In this document: in pieces, positions 60,474-64,000 of the stretch
Layout: each line of letters begins with the position of its first letter
Numbering within the stretch: position 1 is the first letter of the stretch
NCBI GenBank assembly: GCA_041640595.1
Contig: JBEPZY010000001.1
Span: forward strand, 960,001 to 1,024,000
Direction: 5' to 3'
Length of the DNA stretch: 64,000 bases
From: Gemmatales bacterium
GTDB taxonomy: Bacteria > Planctomycetota > Planctomycetia > Gemmatales > HRBIN36
The notes under the pieces: generated by a model
The model's database searches: none
What the model was told of the DNA's origin: nothing
The model's input: only the letters and a program-made list of their open reading frames with translations
Program-made: the position numbers and the translations under genes

Positions 60474-62254
60474 CCGAAAGTGCCTGGCCAAGGCGGAACG
60501 AGCGCTGGTTGGTCACCGAGTCGGGCCAGTGGCTGGCGTTCGAGCCAATGTGGCTTTTGAACTGGATGCACACCGCAGCGCACCAGGCTGGGGACTGGGA
60601 CCCATTTGCCGTTCAGGAACTGGCCGCCAGTGTTTGGAACCTGTTGCAGCAGGACTGGCCGCCACGAACACCGTTGACGGTAACAGAATTGCAGCAGCGT
60701 GTGGCCAACCTGGTTCGGGCTCTGGGCCGTCCACGCTGGGCCGAATCGTTGGGCCGGATGCCCGTGTCCGTAGGCAAACTCATCAAAACGCCCCCAGGGA
60801 CAACGGAACCGTGTGACTCTGCGGGCCGGGTCATCGTTGGCGAAGCGACGAGCGGTTACGATTGGCGCGACTGGCGACGATTGGCCGAAGCGAAATTAGC
60901 TGAAGAGATGCTCACGCACTTTCTGCCCGAGCCTATCGCCGAACTTCACCGCCAGGGCTGTCTTGTCTGGCATGGGATTGATCATCCTTGGGAGTTGTCC
61001 GCGGCACGAGTTCGCTGGCTACCGGGAGCGGAGCGAACCAGCGTGTTTTCGGAAACCGCTGTAGCGGTCTGCCGAAATCCACCAGGACCGGTCAGCGCAG
61101 CTTTTTCGCCGAATGATGCTGTCGGCTGGATGCTGGATACAAGGCCGGGCATTTTCGAGCATTTCGAGTCGCTGCGTTGCTGGGTGGGTCGGCAGGCGTG
61201 GATATTCGGGCCGGAATTTGAGTTAGCCCAGGCCAGAATCCGCATCGGCGAGATTCCCGTGTTGGTGCGGGAACTTATATTGTCGGCTCGCTATACCGGC
61301 TTGAAACTGGTGCTCTACTGCAACAGAACCGGCGAGGATATCCTTGGTCGGGAAGACCTGTCGTTATTCCGTGAGAAATCTGCCGGCGATTGGCAGCACC
61401 ACCTGGTGAGTGTGCGTACTGCACTGCTGGAAGCGCTCATTGCGTGGCTTGGCCGGGACGATCTGGAACTGGTCTGGGATATGGCGTCCCCTGGGGTCGG
61501 ATTAGAAGATTGGCGAGGATGGCGACAGTTTCTCCTCGCCATGAGTAGCGGCAAACTCAACTTAGCCTGGAACCACCGAAGCGCGAGCCAGACAATGCAG
61601 ACTGAACCAGGGGCTATTTTGACAGTTGTTGGCCTCCACGCCGCACGCCTGGCCGAGCAATATGAGATTGGCGAACCTGAATTGCTTGTCCGCCGCCTGA
61701 CGAGCTTGGCGCAGTTAGTGGCGTGGGGAATCCAGCAATGGCGCGAACGATTGCGCGATCGTTTGTGCCGACTTGGACCGCCCTTCCTGACCCAGTGTGC
61801 TCCTGCTGCGGTGTACATAACCGGGTTGGAACAACTCAGCGCGGCCTGGTTCACAACGGCGCTGGCTGGCTGGCAATGGATGCGGGATGTGCTTATTTGC
61901 GTGCGGAATACTTTGCGAGCTAACTCGCAGGACACCAGCGCTGGCAATCTGGTGGTGTCACCTTCGCGGTTCTGGACGGCGAGAAACACGGCAGTCGGCT
62001 CTGACACGCAAACATCGTCGGAAGATTTCTGGCGCGTTACCAGTGAGGAGGACCTGGCGCGACTGCGAGCCTGGTGGCGAATCTGTGCCCGTTGTTATGA
62101 TGCTGTGGAAGTAACCTGGCTGGTGCCAGCAGCGGCCCTGCGTTCTTTTCAGGATTTCCAGAGCGCACTGCGCCCGTGGCGACGCCTTCACGGTTTACGC
62201 CGCCTGCGTTTGTTACCGGATACGTCGGAACAAAGCGAATTGTTTTCGACATGA
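60470..62254 (+). CDS. hypothetical protein, degenerate ATP-cone/NrdD-like
   Basis: ATGA-coupled to nrdR; N-terminus resembles an ATP cone; PEPIAELHRQGCLVWHGID resembles the NrdD H..G.IHIHDL segment; no glycyl-radical motif. Confidence 0.5.
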   Translation: MTESAWPRRNERWLVTESGQWLAFEPMWLLNWMHTAAHQAGDWDPFAVQELAASVWNLLQQDWPPRTPLTVTELQQRVANLVRALGRPRWAESLGRMPVSVGKLIKTPPGTTEPCDSAGRVIVGEATSGYDWRDWRRLAEAKLAEEMLTHFLPEPIAELHRQGCLVWHGIDHPWELSAARVRWLPGAERTSVFSETAVAVCRNPPGPVSAAFSPNDAVGWMLDTRPGIFEHFESLRCWVGRQAWIFGPEFELAQARIRIGEIPVLVRELILSARYTGLKLVLYCNRTGEDILGREDLSLFREKSAGDWQHHLVSVRTALLEALIAWLGRDDLELVWDMASPGVGLEDWRGWRQFLLAMSSGKLNLAWNHRSASQTMQTEPGAILTVVGLHAARLAEQYEIGEPELLVRRLTSLAQLVAWGIQQWRERLRDRLCRLGPPFLTQCAPAAVYITGLEQLSAAWFTTALAGWQWMRDVLICVRNTLRANSQDTSAGNLVVSPSRFWTARNTAVGSDTQTSSEDFWRVTSEEDLARLRAWWRICARCYDAVEVTWLVPAAALRSFQDFQSALRPWRRLHGLRRLRLLPDTSEQSELFST

Positions 62255-62385
62255 ACAGGTTTCGGTCTGGCGTGCAACGACGCCCCGACAATGTTTGCCA
62301 CCTGCGTTCCGTGTGCCCTGGAGAGCAAGCAAACACGCTGGCATGAATAGTTTCGTGGAACGGCTGCGAATACAATTACCATGCT

Positions 62386-62952
62386 ATGAGCACTCTGACT
62401 GACACGCGAAGCTCGCTGCAATGGACTTGCGAACTGCCAGATGAGAATGCGACCTGTGCGTTCGCCCGGCACCTGGCGGATCTGCTGTTTCCTGGTGCGG
62501 TAATCGGATTGATCGGCGAACTGGGTTCCGGCAAGACGTTTCTGGTGCGTGCCCTGGCTTCCGCTCTGGGCACCCCGGACAGCCGATTCGTCAACAGCCC
62601 GACCTTTGTGCTTATTCAGGAATACGAAGGTCGGTGGCCTATTTACCATTTCGACACCTATCGGCTCAAACACCTCCGGGATTTTGTGGACCTGGGAGTG
62701 CATGAATATTTCCGCGGAGAGGGCGTGTGTCTGATCGAATGGGCAGACCGTGTGCAGGCGGTGCTGCCTGAAGAGCGGCTGGAAATCCGGATAGAAATTA
62801 CCGGCCCGCACAGTCGCCGACTCACCCTGACTGCTTTCGGCGAACGCTATGTCCAGCTGGTAAAAGGACTGCAACAAACCTGGGCCAGCTTCACGGAGCA
62901 AAAACACACCTCGTCCGCCGAACAAGCCGCAGCGGAACAGGTTTTTGAGTGA
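62386..62952 (+). CDS. tsaE: tRNA threonylcarbamoyladenosine biosynthesis ATPase TsaE
   Basis: GELGSGKT, VNSPTF, HFDTYRL, LIEW. Confidence 0.95.
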   Translation: MSTLTDTRSSLQWTCELPDENATCAFARHLADLLFPGAVIGLIGELGSGKTFLVRALASALGTPDSRFVNSPTFVLIQEYEGRWPIYHFDTYRLKHLRDFVDLGVHEYFRGEGVCLIEWADRVQAVLPEERLEIRIEITGPHSRRLTLTAFGERYVQLVKGLQQTWASFTEQKHTSSAEQAAAEQVFE

Positions 62953-62989
62953 ACTTTTGCTCTCCAGCTAACGTAGGTACGAGTGGCCA

Positions 62990-63658
62990 GTGTCTGCTTG
63001 GCAGGATTGGCAGCAGCGTAGCGACGAAGAGCTGATGGCCCGACTGCAAAAGGGTCAGAAGGAAGCTCTTGGCGAATTGGTACATCGCTACGAAAAGGAA
63101 CTTTATGGCTACTTGCGGCGTCTTGTCGGCGATCCGACACTGGCCGAGGACATTTTTCAGAGCACTTTCCTGCAACTTTATCAGAAAGCCGATCAGTACG
63201 AACCCGGGCGAGCGGTGCGGCCGTGGTTATATACGCTGGCGACCAACCTGGCCATAGATGCCATGCGCCGTGCGGGTCGCCGGCAGGCCGTCAGCCTGGA
63301 TCGCTTGCACGAACAAGGCGAGGAGCAAAACGCCGGCTCTTTATTGCAACTGCTCGCCGCTCAGGATAAGGAACCTTTCCAGAATCTCGAAGCCAAGGAG
63401 CGGGCCGAACTGGTACAACGTGCCCTTTTGGAATTGCCCGAACCCATGCGGGCGGTCGTCTTGCTCGCCTATTATCGTGGACTGAAGTACAACGAGATCG
63501 CCGAGATTCTGGGCATTCCACTGGGCACGGTCAAATCGCGGCTGCACATGGCCCTGCGGCGTCTTTACGAATTGCTTCGCCAAAAGCTGGAACCGGAATC
63601 CATGCAAGATAAAAGTTCGGAAACAGCCTCGCACCAGGAACGCGGACACCATGACTGA
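62990..63658 (+). CDS. ECF (sigma-70 group 4) RNA polymerase sigma factor
   Basis: SDEELM, AEDIFQ, PWLYTLA.N, EIAEILGIPLGTVKSRL. Confidence 0.93.
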   Translation: MSAWQDWQQRSDEELMARLQKGQKEALGELVHRYEKELYGYLRRLVGDPTLAEDIFQSTFLQLYQKADQYEPGRAVRPWLYTLATNLAIDAMRRAGRRQAVSLDRLHEQGEEQNAGSLLQLLAAQDKEPFQNLEAKERAELVQRALLELPEPMRAVVLLAYYRGLKYNEIAEILGIPLGTVKSRLHMALRRLYELLRQKLEPESMQDKSSETASHQERGHHD

Positions 63659-64000
63659 GCCGGAACTGATTGGTTATGTGCTGAACTTGCTGGACACTTC
63701 GGAACGCGCTGCCGTGGAAACCTGGCTGGCCCAGTCAGCGGAAGGGCAGCGGCAACTGCGGCAGCTACAGGCGTGGCTCGAGGCATTGGCACTGGATGAT
63801 GAAACTGACCCGCCTGCCGATCTGACCTACCGCACGCTTCGCCGCATTGTCGCGTTTGAAGTGTCCCGGCGACGGCAGCAAACATCAGCCACTGCATCGG
63901 CTGTTCCCAGTAGCGCACTGAACCCATCGGCAACTGGCCGCCGGACACGTCGTGCAGATGTTTTCGTTCTGCTTGCCCTGACGGCCTTGCTCGGAGCATT
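63651..64000 (+). CDS. putative anti-sigma factor (partial, runs off window end)
   Basis: ATG overlaps the sigma gene end; MTEPELIGYVLNLLD..ER..VE..L, PPADL..RT, then RRADVFVLLALTALLG hydrophobic segment. Confidence 0.7.
   Translation, partial: MTEPELIGYVLNLLDTSERAAVETWLAQSAEGQRQLRQLQAWLEALALDDETDPPADLTYRTLRRIVAFEVSRRRQQTSATASAVPSSALNPSATGRRTRRADVFVLLALTALLGA

Overview
GC-rich bacterial chromosomal window with planctomycete hallmarks: a PVC-type heme-CxxCH dehydrogenase, an LEPR-XLL/Planc_extracel-signal giant surface protein, DUF1559 H-X9-DG fragments and a Tat-exported Gfo/Idh/MocA protein. Most of it is housekeeping (lptD, lptF/G, gatB, mutL, rpiA-gnd-rpe, hemF, two moeA, dapL, nrdR, tsaE, tRNA-Asn, an ECF sigma). 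The accessory block at ~21.3-35 kb stands out. It holds (i) a 1.44-kb array of 17 palindromic ~29-bp REP-like units in both orientations, with compensatory stem changes and a 264-bp higher-order period, and (ii) a 2.07-kaa adhesin gene bracketed by two outward-facing paralogous membrane-protein genes that share a 248-bp, ~97% identical inverted segment but have divergent, AT-richer cores. The latter is a candidate invertible or gene-converting surface-protein cassette. Other oddities: two tandem orphan DUF1559 3'-end cassettes, a degenerate NrdD-like gene coupled to nrdR, a Cys-rich protein with an internal twin-arginine motif after two TM helices, and a COG2958/HrgA-like nuclease just after tRNA-Asn. 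All family assignments come from motif recognition by eye, not database searches.
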